A program made the translations under genes and the position numbers. Positions 37,963 to 47,683 of a stretch of 64,000 nucleotides of DNA are shown here, piece by piece. Below the pieces are notes generated by a model. The model was not told the origin of the DNA. It worked only from the letters and a program-made list of their open reading frames with translations, and made no database searches. This DNA is from a marine actinobacterium MedAcidi-G3 (GTDB lineage: Bacteria > Actinomycetota > Acidimicrobiia > Acidimicrobiales > Poriferisodalaceae): NCBI GenBank assembly GCA_000817105.1, contig JUEP01000001.1, forward strand, positions 109,095 to 173,094. Direction: 5' to 3'. Position 1 is the stretch's first letter. Each line of letters opens with the position of its first letter.

Positions 37963-38847
37963 GTGGAACCACGAAAGGCAGAAGCTGTTCTGTCAGTCGA
38001 ACAGATGCAGAAATATCAAGACGATGGTTACCTGCATTTGAATAGCTTCGTTCCCGATGACGTCTTAGTTGGCTTGCAGTCGGCAGCAGCTGAGTTTGTC
38101 GAAAAGAGTCGCGGTCTAAAGCAGTCTGATAAAACCCTCGACCTGGAGCCCGGTCATTCGGCTTCCTCACCAAGGATTAGGCGTTTAAATTCGCCCGTCG
38201 ACAACCACGATGCTTTTCGTGGGTTCGCCTTGGAAGGCCTTGCCGCAGGTCTTGCATGTTCGATCCTTGAGGGTCCAGTGCGCTACCACCATTCGAAACT
38301 GAATTACAAATGGTCAGATGGCGGTGAAGAGGTTAAGTGGCACCAAGACATTCAGTTTTGGCCTCACACTGACTTCAGCCCTCTAACGATTGGCGTCTAT
38401 CTTGATGATGTTGATGACTCAATGGGGCCGATGGGAGTAATCCCGTCGAGTCACAAAGGAACCCTCTATAACCAATACTCGAAAGACGGCCAGTGGGTCG
38501 GGTCTATTAACGCGGAGGATGTCGGAAAGATTGACTTTAGTGAGGTTGCTTGGTTAACCGGTCCGGCAGGTTCGGTCACCGTGCATAACTGTTGCATGGT
38601 GCACGGATCACTGCCGAATAATTCTCCGAAGCCTCGGCCTCTTCTTTTGCAAACCTATTCACGTGCTGACTCGTACCCGATTTCTCACATAGGAGCCAAT
38701 GGAGTTACGGGACGGCTCAGCGGTGCAGTTGTTGGTGGAGATTCAGGTCAATCCATAGTGATTGAGGGTCGAACAGTCTTGGGTGCTCCCGATTGGTCGC
38801 GAAGTGGAGCGCCGACGATCTTCGGTTCCCAACAGGACGAGGTTTAG
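37963..38847 (+). CDS. Phytanoyl-CoA dioxygenase (PhyH) family Fe/2OG oxygenase
   Basis: WHQD...HGS.PN.S..PR. Confidence 0.9.
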   Translation: MEPRKAEAVLSVEQMQKYQDDGYLHLNSFVPDDVLVGLQSAAAEFVEKSRGLKQSDKTLDLEPGHSASSPRIRRLNSPVDNHDAFRGFALEGLAAGLACSILEGPVRYHHSKLNYKWSDGGEEVKWHQDIQFWPHTDFSPLTIGVYLDDVDDSMGPMGVIPSSHKGTLYNQYSKDGQWVGSINAEDVGKIDFSEVAWLTGPAGSVTVHNCCMVHGSLPNNSPKPRPLLLQTYSRADSYPISHIGANGVTGRLSGAVVGGDSGQSIVIEGRTVLGAPDWSRSGAPTIFGSQQDEV

Positions 38848-38852
38848 AGGCT

Positions 38853-40277
38853 GTGTCCCAAGAACCTGATTTCTTCGAGCAGTTAGCAGTTACCTTGCGT
38901 CGCGAGTTTCAGGGGTGTCGAGACCTCGTTGCTGTAGATCGACTCTCTGGTGGCGCCAGCATGGAGACGTATCGAATTGAAATACAAACCTCGTCTGGCT
39001 CACAACTTTTGTGTATGCGTCGCGGCGCTGGAGGTGTCGACCGAGACAACGTGAGTGCTGTCGGTCTTAGGACAGAAGCTCTTTTGATGCGAGTCGCGAA
39101 AGAGCATGGCGTCGTTGAACCCGAGATTTATTATGAACTTCAACCCGACGACGGGGTCGGAGTCGGATTCATTATGCAGTGGCTGGGAGGCGAGACACTT
39201 GGGTCTCGAATTGTGCGCTCCCCGGACTTCGACGACGTTCGACCGCTACTCGCCGCCCAGTGCGGCCAGGAACTCGCCAAGATCCATGCCATTGATCTAG
39301 ATAACAGCGGACTGAGGGCCGTTTTGCCGGTGCTGAGCCCTAAAGCATACGTTAATCAAACCTGGGACCGTTATAGAGCCTGGGATACCCCCCAGCCCAT
39401 GATTGATTTTACCGGTAGGTGGCTGGAAGAAAATCTTCCGCAAGACGGTGACTTCAGACTGGTACACAACGACTTCCGAAATGGCAATCTCATGATTGAC
39501 GCCAAGGGCGGACTTCAGGCTGTTCTTGACTGGGAGACTTCTCATATTGGTGACCCGATGAGAGATATCGGCTGGATCTGCACTAACTCTTGGCGTTTTG
39601 GGCACCGAGAGAGGCAAGTTGGTGGATTCGGAGACTTAGATGATCTCATCCGTGGATACGAGGACGAAGCTGGATCACCAGTAAATAGAGATGACGTAAA
39701 GTTCTGGGAAGTTTTTGGCAGCTTCTGGTGGGCTATTGGCTGCCTTGGGATGACAGATCAATATCGCTCAGGACCCGACGCCACCGTTGAGCGGCCTGCT
39801 ATCGGTCGTCGCTCCTCGGAATGTCAGGTTGATTGCGTCAATCTACTTATTCCTGGTCCTACGGAGCTCTTGTCTCCGGGTTCTCCTACGCGTCAATCAG
39901 ACATGCCACGTGTAGACGAGCTGCTAGCGAGTGTCCGAGATTTCCTTCACGGCGACGTAATGTCTTCAACATCGGGTCGGACCAACTTCCTTGCGCGCGT
40001 AGCTGGTAATAGCCTTGACATTGTGGGGAGAGAGTTGGCGATTGGTCCGGCGCTTGAGCGTCACGAGGTCGCTTTGCTTAGCGAGCTGTTAGGACGCACT
40101 GGCACTATTGACGAACTGCGCTGGGAGTTAGTGCATTCGCTCCGAGACCGCAGCATGGAACTCGAATCACCACTGCTGCATAGTTACTTAAGAGACGCAG
40201 TGGTAAATCAAGTCGCGATAGACCAGCCCAAATATTCAGGCTTCCGTTTTGCGACAGAGACCGCGCTCGACAGCTAG
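38853..40277 (+). CDS. Aminoglycoside-phosphotransferase-like kinase (ACAD10 type) with helical C-terminal domain
   Basis: LSGGAS.ET, LVHNDFRNGN, LDWE..H.GDP..D. Confidence 0.85.
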   Translation: MSQEPDFFEQLAVTLRREFQGCRDLVAVDRLSGGASMETYRIEIQTSSGSQLLCMRRGAGGVDRDNVSAVGLRTEALLMRVAKEHGVVEPEIYYELQPDDGVGVGFIMQWLGGETLGSRIVRSPDFDDVRPLLAAQCGQELAKIHAIDLDNSGLRAVLPVLSPKAYVNQTWDRYRAWDTPQPMIDFTGRWLEENLPQDGDFRLVHNDFRNGNLMIDAKGGLQAVLDWETSHIGDPMRDIGWICTNSWRFGHRERQVGGFGDLDDLIRGYEDEAGSPVNRDDVKFWEVFGSFWWAIGCLGMTDQYRSGPDATVERPAIGRRSSECQVDCVNLLIPGPTELLSPGSPTRQSDMPRVDELLASVRDFLHGDVMSSTSGRTNFLARVAGNSLDIVGRELAIGPALERHEVALLSELLGRTGTIDELRWELVHSLRDRSMELESPLLHSYLRDAVVNQVAIDQPKYSGFRFATETALDS

Positions 40278-40286
40278 CGTTGCGCC

Positions 40287-40748
40287 ATGACTGTTCATGA
40301 AATGCACCTTGAGATATCGAAAGAAATCAACGCCTCACCGGAGGCGGTCTATTCCCTTGTTAGTGACCTAAGCCGCATGGGCGAATGGAGCACAGAGAAC
40401 ATAGGTGGAGAGTGGACGACCGGTGACCCTGGCCAGGTCGGATCCCGATTCCTAGGAACTAACCGTATTAAAGGCTTCGAATGGTCGGTGCCGGTTGAGA
40501 TAACCATCGCCGAACCAGCTAAATGCTTCGAGTTCGTCGCCGCTCCCGATGACGGCCCTTTCGTTCGTTGGACCTACCAGATCGAAGGACTGGAGTCCGG
40601 TTGTTCCTTAACTGAAATCTGGGATGTGATGAGCCTTCCGCCCTCGTTGGCGAAGCTCGACGCAGAAGGTCTTGCCGGCCGAAAAGATGCGGTCAAAGCG
40701 GCAATAGAAGCAACTCTGAACGGCATAAAAGCGAGTGCTGAGCAGTGA
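40287..40748 (+). CDS. SRPBCC/START-domain protein
   Basis: INASPEAVYSLVSDL.RMGEWS.E, G.RF.G.N. Confidence 0.88.
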   Translation: MTVHEMHLEISKEINASPEAVYSLVSDLSRMGEWSTENIGGEWTTGDPGQVGSRFLGTNRIKGFEWSVPVEITIAEPAKCFEFVAAPDDGPFVRWTYQIEGLESGCSLTEIWDVMSLPPSLAKLDAEGLAGRKDAVKAAIEATLNGIKASAEQ

Positions 40749-41006
40749 GTAAATGTTTCATGAATGATCCATCGACAAGCGACGCCAACAATCGAACTTG
40801 AGGGATCCCTCACTAGTCTCAGGGGGAACCTCGTCGGGTTCGCAAGACATTGCCCTAAACCACACTCTTGGACTTGTGAATCTAGCTGAGATAGCGACTT
40901 AGTCACCTACCGCAAGCGCCTGAGCTCAAGCTGTGAACCCATCCTCCAAAGAGAAGTATTTAGTTTTGACGACCTGAGGCCTAACGATTCGGGTACCGTT
41001 CGCTAC

Positions 41007-41822
41007 GTGCCAGACAAGTACTTTGACGTAAACGGGATAGCTACGCTCGTTCACCATCGAGGCGTAACTACTCTCCCAGGTGCTCCTCCAAACTTGCACG
41101 ATGGGCAGCCGATTCTGTTCCTCCACGACGCTGGCGTAAACGGCAACACCTTTGGTGAAGTCATGGACTTACTAATGGCAAATCACTCGCCTGTCAGTCT
41201 CGACCTTCCAGGCCATGGACGCAGCGGATCCTTAGACAGCCTCGCATCAGTGGGGGCGATGGCCTCCCATGTCGAATCCTTAATATCGCCTTGGGAGCTG
41301 CAGTCTTTAGTCGTCGTAGGAGAGGGTTTAGGAGCTGCCATCGGCACTGAGCTAGCGGCAAATGCCGTGTTACCCATAACAGCTTTGATCTGCGTTGGAG
41401 CTGTGGGCCCCTTTGTATCTCTCACCGAAGAAATCAGCCAATTAACAAAGATCACGACTGGGAAAGCTCGGAGAGAGTTCGACAAGACCGGCTATGCACC
41501 CGAACCCGAGGAGAAATTACTTCGGAAAGCCTTCGGTCATTGGGTCACCACAGACCCTCGAGCAACACTAGGAGCTCGAGAAGCACAAGCTGAGTGGAAT
41601 GAAAACGTCGACCTTGGAAATATTTCGTGTCGGACCATTGTTGTGATCGGCGAGCACACAGAAGAGGCGTTGAAGGACAGCAGTCAGAGCTTCGCAAATC
41701 ATCTGACTAGCGGTGAAGTCGCAGTGATCGGGGAAGCTGGACGTCGTTCCGCACAAGAGACGCCTGAAGAATTTTGTACTGTAATCTTAAACAGCATTTC
41801 CGGGAGCCCTGAAACTATATGA
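41007..41822 (+). CDS. Alpha/beta-hydrolase-fold protein, apparently lacking the catalytic triad
   Basis: LDLPGHGRS motif; elbow is GEGLG, His position is AGR. Confidence 0.8.
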   Translation: MPDKYFDVNGIATLVHHRGVTTLPGAPPNLHDGQPILFLHDAGVNGNTFGEVMDLLMANHSPVSLDLPGHGRSGSLDSLASVGAMASHVESLISPWELQSLVVVGEGLGAAIGTELAANAVLPITALICVGAVGPFVSLTEEISQLTKITTGKARREFDKTGYAPEPEEKLLRKAFGHWVTTDPRATLGAREAQAEWNENVDLGNISCRTIVVIGEHTEEALKDSSQSFANHLTSGEVAVIGEAGRRSAQETPEEFCTVILNSISGSPETI

Positions 41823-42991
41823 ATAGCTCTAGTTTCCCACGCGGCGCTGCTATCGCAGGCGTATACGAACATCCAAGCCGCTTCTCCCCCGACAAGACCG
41901 AATTTCAAATTATGGCCGAGTCAGCTAAGGGCGCCCTCGACGATGCTGGTTTAAAACGCACCGACGTCGATGGGCTATTTGGGGCTTCGATGACCATGGG
42001 CCTCATGGGCATTGTGGACCTAGCCGAATACCTGGACCTGTATCCGGACTACTTAGACGGAACTAACATTGGGGGCTCGTCTTTTGTGGCGCACGTGTCT
42101 CACGCAGCGGCAGCAATCCATGCGGGCCTCTGCAATGTCGCTTTAGTGCTGTATGGATCAACCGCGGCCTCAAACTCAATGGCGATAGGGACAGGTGGGT
42201 CCGGTGGGTCCAAAAACCCTGATACAGCTTTCTCGGCACCTTATGGTATGACCACCGTTGGCAGCTACGCCACCTACGCCAACCTACATATGAAGACCTA
42301 CGGTACAACGAGTGAGCAGCTAGCAGAGATAGCTGTAACCATGCGCCAGCACGCGACCCTCAACCCCTTGGCCAAGATGCGGAACCCAATTACGATTGAT
42401 GATGTATTGACAAGCCGAATGATCTCGCGACCCCTTCACCTGCTCGACTGTTGCATTATTAGCGACGGTGGCGGGGCTGTTGTCGTGACCTCGTTAGATC
42501 ACGCTCGAGACTTACGTAAAAAACCAGTACAAATTCTTGGCTGTGGGGAGGCAGTTCAACATCAAGGTGTGGGTTATTCCGACATTCTCTCGATAGCAGC
42601 AAAGCAATCTGGCGCCAAGGCTCTGCAGATGGCTGGCGTACAGCACTCTGATATTGATCTAGCCATGATCTACGATTCCTTTACCATCACGGTGTTAGCC
42701 ACATTGGAGAACCTCGGTTTTTGTCCCGTCGGCGAAGGTGGCGATTTCGTAGCCAATGGAGGAATCAGCCTTCAGGGCTCACTTCCGGTTAATCCGGATG
42801 GCGGCGGGTTGTCTTCGAATCACCCCGGAATGCGCGGAATCTTTCTCGTGATCGAAGCCGTTAAGCAGTTAAGGAACGAGTGCGACGCCCGGCAGGTTCC
42901 CAACGCTGAAGTCGCTCTGGCGCATGGCACCGGGGGCACGATCGGCGACAAACACAGCGGCGCAACTCTGATTCTCGGCGTCGACCGATGA
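41819..42991 (+). CDS. Thiolase-fold protein (SCP2/Ltp type)
   Basis: DCCIISDGGGA, IYDSFT, NPDGGGLS..HPG, EAV.QLR. Confidence 0.9.
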   Translation: MNSSSFPRGAAIAGVYEHPSRFSPDKTEFQIMAESAKGALDDAGLKRTDVDGLFGASMTMGLMGIVDLAEYLDLYPDYLDGTNIGGSSFVAHVSHAAAAIHAGLCNVALVLYGSTAASNSMAIGTGGSGGSKNPDTAFSAPYGMTTVGSYATYANLHMKTYGTTSEQLAEIAVTMRQHATLNPLAKMRNPITIDDVLTSRMISRPLHLLDCCIISDGGGAVVVTSLDHARDLRKKPVQILGCGEAVQHQGVGYSDILSIAAKQSGAKALQMAGVQHSDIDLAMIYDSFTITVLATLENLGFCPVGEGGDFVANGGISLQGSLPVNPDGGGLSSNHPGMRGIFLVIEAVKQLRNECDARQVPNAEVALAHGTGGTIGDKHSGATLILGVDR

Positions 42992-43410
42992 AGCCAATAG
43001 ATCACCCCGTCCCTTATGCAAGCTGGGAATCACGCGGTTTCTGGGAGGGAGCCGGACGCAGCGAGCTCGTCCTGCAGCGCTGCACCAGCTGCGGCTTAGT
43101 TCAACATCGGCCGCGCGGAGTATGCGCCCACTGCCTCGATAGCGCGAACCTGGAGCATTTCACCGCGTCCGGTTCAGGCGCTATCTACAGCTTCACCGTT
43201 ACCGAGCAGAACCAAGCCAAGGGGTTCGTTGAAGCATGCCCCTATGTGATGGCTTTCATCACATTGGATGAGGGTCCTCGAATCCTAAGCGTCATAGTGG
43301 AGTGCGATCCGAACGAAGTAGCTATTGGCGCACGTGTCGAAGTGGACTACGTCAAGCAAACACGAGATGACCGCGAGACATTCGCCGTACCCGTCTTTCA
43401 CCTGAGCTAA
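42988..43410 (+). CDS. DUF35 Zn-ribbon/OB-fold partner of thiolase
   Basis: FWEG...QRCTSCG...R..CAHC, G.IYSFTV, LDEGPR; ATGA coupling. Confidence 0.92.
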   Translation: MKPIDHPVPYASWESRGFWEGAGRSELVLQRCTSCGLVQHRPRGVCAHCLDSANLEHFTASGSGAIYSFTVTEQNQAKGFVEACPYVMAFITLDEGPRILSVIVECDPNEVAIGARVEVDYVKQTRDDRETFAVPVFHLS

Positions 43411-43422
43411 TCGTTACACGTC

Positions 43423-44067
43423 ATGCTGCTAGATCTTCATACTCATTCTGTCCAGTCGGACGACGGGAGAGCCAAGGTAGAGAACTACTGCAAGTGGATT
43501 CGCAAGAAAGAGCTCCCATTAGACGGTTTCGTATTAACTGAGCACCGCCAATTTGACTCAGAATCGGACTATCGACATCTTGAGGATGAATATGGTCTGG
43601 TCATCTTGAAGGCCAGCGAGGTCGAAAGCGATTTCGGCCACGTTCTTGTGTTCGGCGTAACCGACGAACTCCAAGCCACCTTGGATTTTACAGATGTGCG
43701 GCTACCGCTTGAGCACGTTCTGTATCAAAGCCACCAGGCGGGCGCTTTTGCTGCACCGTGTCATCCAGGCCGAAAACGGGTCGGCCTATTCTCCCACTAC
43801 GAGCAGAAGGGACAGGTAGATGGCGTCCATACGGTCGAGGTTCTAAATGGCGGATCTATACCCGGTGAAGACGATCTCTCTCTTAAGATGGCCGCCAAGT
43901 ACAAATATAAGGGCTTCGGTGGAAGCGACAGCCACGTGGTTAGTCGCATTGGTTACTGCGCAACAGACTTTCCAGAACAAAAGATTTACAACATGGACGA
44001 CCTAGTCAACGCACTTGAGGGAGGCAGTTTTCACGCAGTGTCGTTGCGTCCAACACAATCCGATTAG
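43423..44067 (+). CDS. PHP-domain metallophosphoesterase
   Basis: DLHTHS, TEH, GHVL, HP, GGSDSH. Confidence 0.88.
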   Translation: MLLDLHTHSVQSDDGRAKVENYCKWIRKKELPLDGFVLTEHRQFDSESDYRHLEDEYGLVILKASEVESDFGHVLVFGVTDELQATLDFTDVRLPLEHVLYQSHQAGAFAAPCHPGRKRVGLFSHYEQKGQVDGVHTVEVLNGGSIPGEDDLSLKMAAKYKYKGFGGSDSHVVSRIGYCATDFPEQKIYNMDDLVNALEGGSFHAVSLRPTQSD

Positions 44068-45125
44068 GCGACCAACGCTAACGTTCGTTTCGTAAGCTCC
44101 TCGAGGGTAACTTCCGCGAAGCCAGCAACGCTTGTCTGAATTGTTCGTCTCCACGAGTCAACCCAGTGACTTGGAATGCCACTCCCTGTTAGACCCCACA
44201 GCCCGCCAACCGTTGCGCCGTTGCAGTCCGTATCCCAACCCCCGGCAACTGTGTCACCGATAGCGGCACCGAAGTCTTGGCTATTTCGCGTCAGTCCCCA
44301 AGTAACCAAGGCCAAATTGTTCACAGCATGAACTGGTGACATCCCAACATAGTTGTCTTGAATTTTAGTAGGGAGAGAATCGGTGGCAGTGGCGAGCCCA
44401 AGTGCGACCGCTGCTGCGCACTCAGAATTAGACGGAATGTAGGAGGCAGCTTCTTCCATAGCTCGACAAAGAGGAATACCCGAACTAATCAGGGATCCGG
44501 CCGCGGCGATCACCATGGCGCCGTAGACACCTTCTGTCCGATGGCTGAGGCTTGCATCCGTGTGAGCCATACTTGCTGCGACTTTCGGTTCCCCAGGACT
44601 GATCCACCCATATAGGTCCGCTCGAATCTGAGCTCCGATCCATTGGTTGTATGGGTTGTCGCTGCATTGCCCCAAGTCCATCTTCGGCTCTGAGCCGTAG
44701 GCAAACCGCATGCCAGCGTGTTCTAGTAACTTGATGTACGCATCGCGTTCAGCGGTGTACACGATTGCACCCGGTAGGTACCTAAGCCACATCCGCCCCA
44801 CATCGGCGGTTGTGAAACTGCGGCCGTATTGCTCAATGAGCATGAGTGAAATGACGGTGTAGTTGATGTCATCGTCGGGTATTGCTTTCGAGATCTCCTC
44901 ACGACAAGCATCAGGGTGCTCTACCGACTGATTAATAGAAGGCCGAAAGGGTATGTAGTCGCGAAGTGGCAGCGCTCCGGCGGATTCCAAATATCCACTC
45001 AGTACCGTGGCGCCGTGTCTCATTGAAAGCATTTCAACCGGCTTGCCAAGCATGCAGCCGCTTACCCGTCCCGCCCAGGCACTGCTAATTCTCGAGTGAT
45101 ATGTGGGTGTCGATGTCGTAGTCAT
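44064..45125 (-). CDS. ADP-ribosylglycohydrolase family protein
   Basis: LGKPVE, DDDINYT, IGAQIRAD, DA.LSH, GWDTDCNGAT. Confidence 0.9.
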   Translation of the reverse strand: MTTTSTPTYHSRISSAWAGRVSGCMLGKPVEMLSMRHGATVLSGYLESAGALPLRDYIPFRPSINQSVEHPDACREEISKAIPDDDINYTVISLMLIEQYGRSFTTADVGRMWLRYLPGAIVYTAERDAYIKLLEHAGMRFAYGSEPKMDLGQCSDNPYNQWIGAQIRADLYGWISPGEPKVAASMAHTDASLSHRTEGVYGAMVIAAAGSLISSGIPLCRAMEEAASYIPSNSECAAAVALGLATATDSLPTKIQDNYVGMSPVHAVNNLALVTWGLTRNSQDFGAAIGDTVAGGWDTDCNGATVGGLWGLTGSGIPSHWVDSWRRTIQTSVAGFAEVTLEELTKRTLALVA

Positions 45126-45228
45126 AGATCTAATCATTGCCGAAATACACAAACCTTGTGTCCAGGTGTTACCTTCGCATCGAACTGCGGTGTCGCTGCC
45201 GCACCTGCACCCGGATTGGACATACGAG

Positions 45229-45684
45229 ATGAGTCAAGCGAGTTCTCACCAGGATCTGGCCCCGATCAGAAAAGATTGGGTTGGCGTTGAGTTCGATTGG
45301 GCCACCTTCGAAATGAAAGCGGACGACATGGTCGCTTGGGCTGAAGCTTGTGGCGAGACTGATCAGCGATTCATTAACGCGGAACATCCCGATTTCCAAG
45401 CTCATCCGGGTTTCACGACACACTGCATGTCCGGCAGGGTCTTTCCCGACAATTTTCCCCAAATTGGCGGAGGGTTCGGTATCGATGGCGGGAAGAAGGT
45501 TGAGGTACACGCTCCAATCAGGGCCGGCGATACTTTAACTGCCACAACCACCATCGCCGATATCTTCGATAAGACGGGCCGGAGCGGAACAATGATTTTC
45601 ATTGTCCAGAGAATGGAGTTTCGAAACGAGGACTCCGAACTCGTTTCAACTGTTGACTGGAAAATGATTAAGAGGGCTGAATGA
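45229..45684 (+). CDS. MaoC-like dehydratase, N-terminal type hotdog subunit
   Basis: A.ACGE, PIRAGDTL, GRSG.MIF hotdog pattern. Confidence 0.85.
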   Translation: MSQASSHQDLAPIRKDWVGVEFDWATFEMKADDMVAWAEACGETDQRFINAEHPDFQAHPGFTTHCMSGRVFPDNFPQIGGGFGIDGGKKVEVHAPIRAGDTLTATTTIADIFDKTGRSGTMIFIVQRMEFRNEDSELVSTVDWKMIKRAE

Positions 45685-46103
45685 CTATGTCTACTGTCTC
45701 TGGTTTCGATGAAGTCGAGCTAGGTGATGAGCTCCCAACCGATACGCCAGATGTGTCCATGAAACAAGTCACCAGTTTTTGTCATTCAGCAAAACACTTG
45801 TTTGAGCGTTTCACCGATCACGACGCGGCGAGAAAAGAAGGCTTTCCGGGAGCGATTGTGCCCGGCATCATGAGCCAAGGTCTGTTGGCAGCCATGATCC
45901 ACAAATGGGCCCCTGGTTGTACGATTAAAAGTATTGACACCGTTTTTCGCGGGTCATTGATTGTCGACTCCACTATTACGATGACAGGCGCAGTAACCGA
46001 TACTGACGACGACAACAAAACTGTGGAGCTAGATTTAACTATTGTCGCAGAAGACGGACGCACTGGGGTTATTGGCACCGCATTGGTCGAATTTTTGAAT
46101 TGA
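45681..46103 (+). CDS. MaoC-like dehydratase
   Basis: GDELP, D..AARKEGFPGAIVPG; ATGA coupling. Confidence 0.85.
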   Translation: MTMSTVSGFDEVELGDELPTDTPDVSMKQVTSFCHSAKHLFERFTDHDAARKEGFPGAIVPGIMSQGLLAAMIHKWAPGCTIKSIDTVFRGSLIVDSTITMTGAVTDTDDDNKTVELDLTIVAEDGRTGVIGTALVEFLN

Positions 46104-46128
46104 TCTTCACCGAGATGGGAACTACGAC

Positions 46129-46779
46129 ATGCTGGAGCTAACCGCAGACGAAGTACTCGAGACAACCCGGTCTGTTCGGCGTCGCTTAGACCTGGAAAGA
46201 GAAGTTGGCGAGGCAGTTCTGCGTGACTGCTTGGCACTGGCATTACAGGCTCCCACCGGATCACTGCGACAGGACTGGCACTTCGTAATTTCGAATGACC
46301 GTGACCAATGCAGAGAGGTCGGCCTCATCTATCAGGAGGTGTGGATGGGCATGGTGACGGAAGATTATTTGAAGTCCTCGGCTACCCAACAAGGCGACAC
46401 AGACGATCAAAAGTCGTGGCTGAACATGATGGGGTCAGCCCGCCATCTAGCGGAAGTATTTCCCGAGGTTCCTGCCATCTTTGTGCCATGCATTACTGGA
46501 CGCTTAGATGGGGCAAACGCAGTGACACAGGCACTCAAATGGGGTTCGGTAATACAGGCAGCTTGGAGCTTTATGCTGGCCGCTCGCAATAGAGGCATTG
46601 GCACCTGTTGGACCACCGTTCATCTCCAACGAGAGCAAGATGTGGCCGAGGTCTTAGGCATACCTTTCGAAGATGTCCAGCAAGTAGCCCTTAGCCCGGT
46701 CGCCTATACGCAGGGGACAGAGTTCAGACCAGGTCGCCGAAAGCCTGACTCCTCATTTATTCATTTCAATGGCTGGTAG
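46129..46779 (+). CDS. Nitroreductase family protein
   Basis: TTRSVRRRLD, QAPTGS..Q.W, FMLAAR.RGIGTCWTT. Confidence 0.92.
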   Translation: MLELTADEVLETTRSVRRRLDLEREVGEAVLRDCLALALQAPTGSLRQDWHFVISNDRDQCREVGLIYQEVWMGMVTEDYLKSSATQQGDTDDQKSWLNMMGSARHLAEVFPEVPAIFVPCITGRLDGANAVTQALKWGSVIQAAWSFMLAARNRGIGTCWTTVHLQREQDVAEVLGIPFEDVQQVALSPVAYTQGTEFRPGRRKPDSSFIHFNGW

Positions 46780-47647
46780 TACATCTAGCGCTAGACGCTT
46801 CGCTGCGGTAGCAGAGCCACTTCATTCCTGCGCTTACTATGCACCGGAAATTAACGAATTCACTTCACTGGGGTTTCACGGCTGGTGGCACGCCTACTTC
46901 GCGTACCGCTCTGCTCCTCTAGGTAACGCTTCGTCTCAGATTGTCACCGAGGTGTTCTACAACTTCGCGCCCCGCATGGTGGAGCGATCTGTGCCCGGCT
47001 GTTGGGAAATCTTGACTGCCGATGCTGTTCGACGCGAACAACTTTCGATCGTCGGCCGAGCGCTGACTCGGATCTTCGATTCGTATTCTTGGGGATCCGA
47101 ACTGAGAACGGTGGTCGAGTTACTCGCCGAAGCTCTCCCCGAGCTGGACGTTACCAATCGACCTCTATTCGCGGCCTGGGCCTCGCAGCCGTGGCCAGAA
47201 GAATCTGTTCTGGGCCTGTGGCACGCGTCTACCTTACTTAGAGAATTTAGATTCGACGGACACAATGAAGCTCTGCGCCAAGCCGGCGTCTCGGGTCTAG
47301 GTTCCCATCTTCTAATGGTTGCCGACGGGAGAGGTACCCCCGACGTCGTGCAGAAAATCCGTGGATGGACACCCGATGAGTGGGCGAGTGAAATGACGTT
47401 GCTTCAAGATGCTGGGTGGTTGGACCCGTCCGGGCTCCACACCACGAAAGGCCGTTCCGCCCGAAAGGAAATCGAGCTCCAAACCGACCAACATGCAGCC
47501 CCGATCTCGTCGAAACTTGGAGAAGATAACAGCGAGCTTGTACTAGAGCTACTCGAGCGTGTATCTCAGTTCCTTCTCAGCAAAAAGGTCGTACCAGGCA
47601 AATGGCCCCCAAGTCATTTAGGTCGAATAGATCCTTCCTCGGAGTAA
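46769..47647 (+). CDS. Conserved actinobacterial protein (SCO6745-like)
   Basis: EPLH...Y, YFA.R.APLG, FYNF, LWHA.TLLRE.R.DGH, IE..TD. Confidence 0.75.
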   Translation: MAGSTSSARRFAAVAEPLHSCAYYAPEINEFTSLGFHGWWHAYFAYRSAPLGNASSQIVTEVFYNFAPRMVERSVPGCWEILTADAVRREQLSIVGRALTRIFDSYSWGSELRTVVELLAEALPELDVTNRPLFAAWASQPWPEESVLGLWHASTLLREFRFDGHNEALRQAGVSGLGSHLLMVADGRGTPDVVQKIRGWTPDEWASEMTLLQDAGWLDPSGLHTTKGRSARKEIELQTDQHAAPISSKLGEDNSELVLELLERVSQFLLSKKVVPGKWPPSHLGRIDPSSE

Positions 47648-47683
47648 CGATCGCGGTAGCTTTAACCAAAGGCTTCACCTAAC

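Noticed and set aside
40799-40812. Perfect 14-bp palindrome TGAGGGATCCCTCA in a 260-bp intergenic gap
   Set aside because: A few such palindromes are expected by chance in 64 kb, and no second copy was noticed
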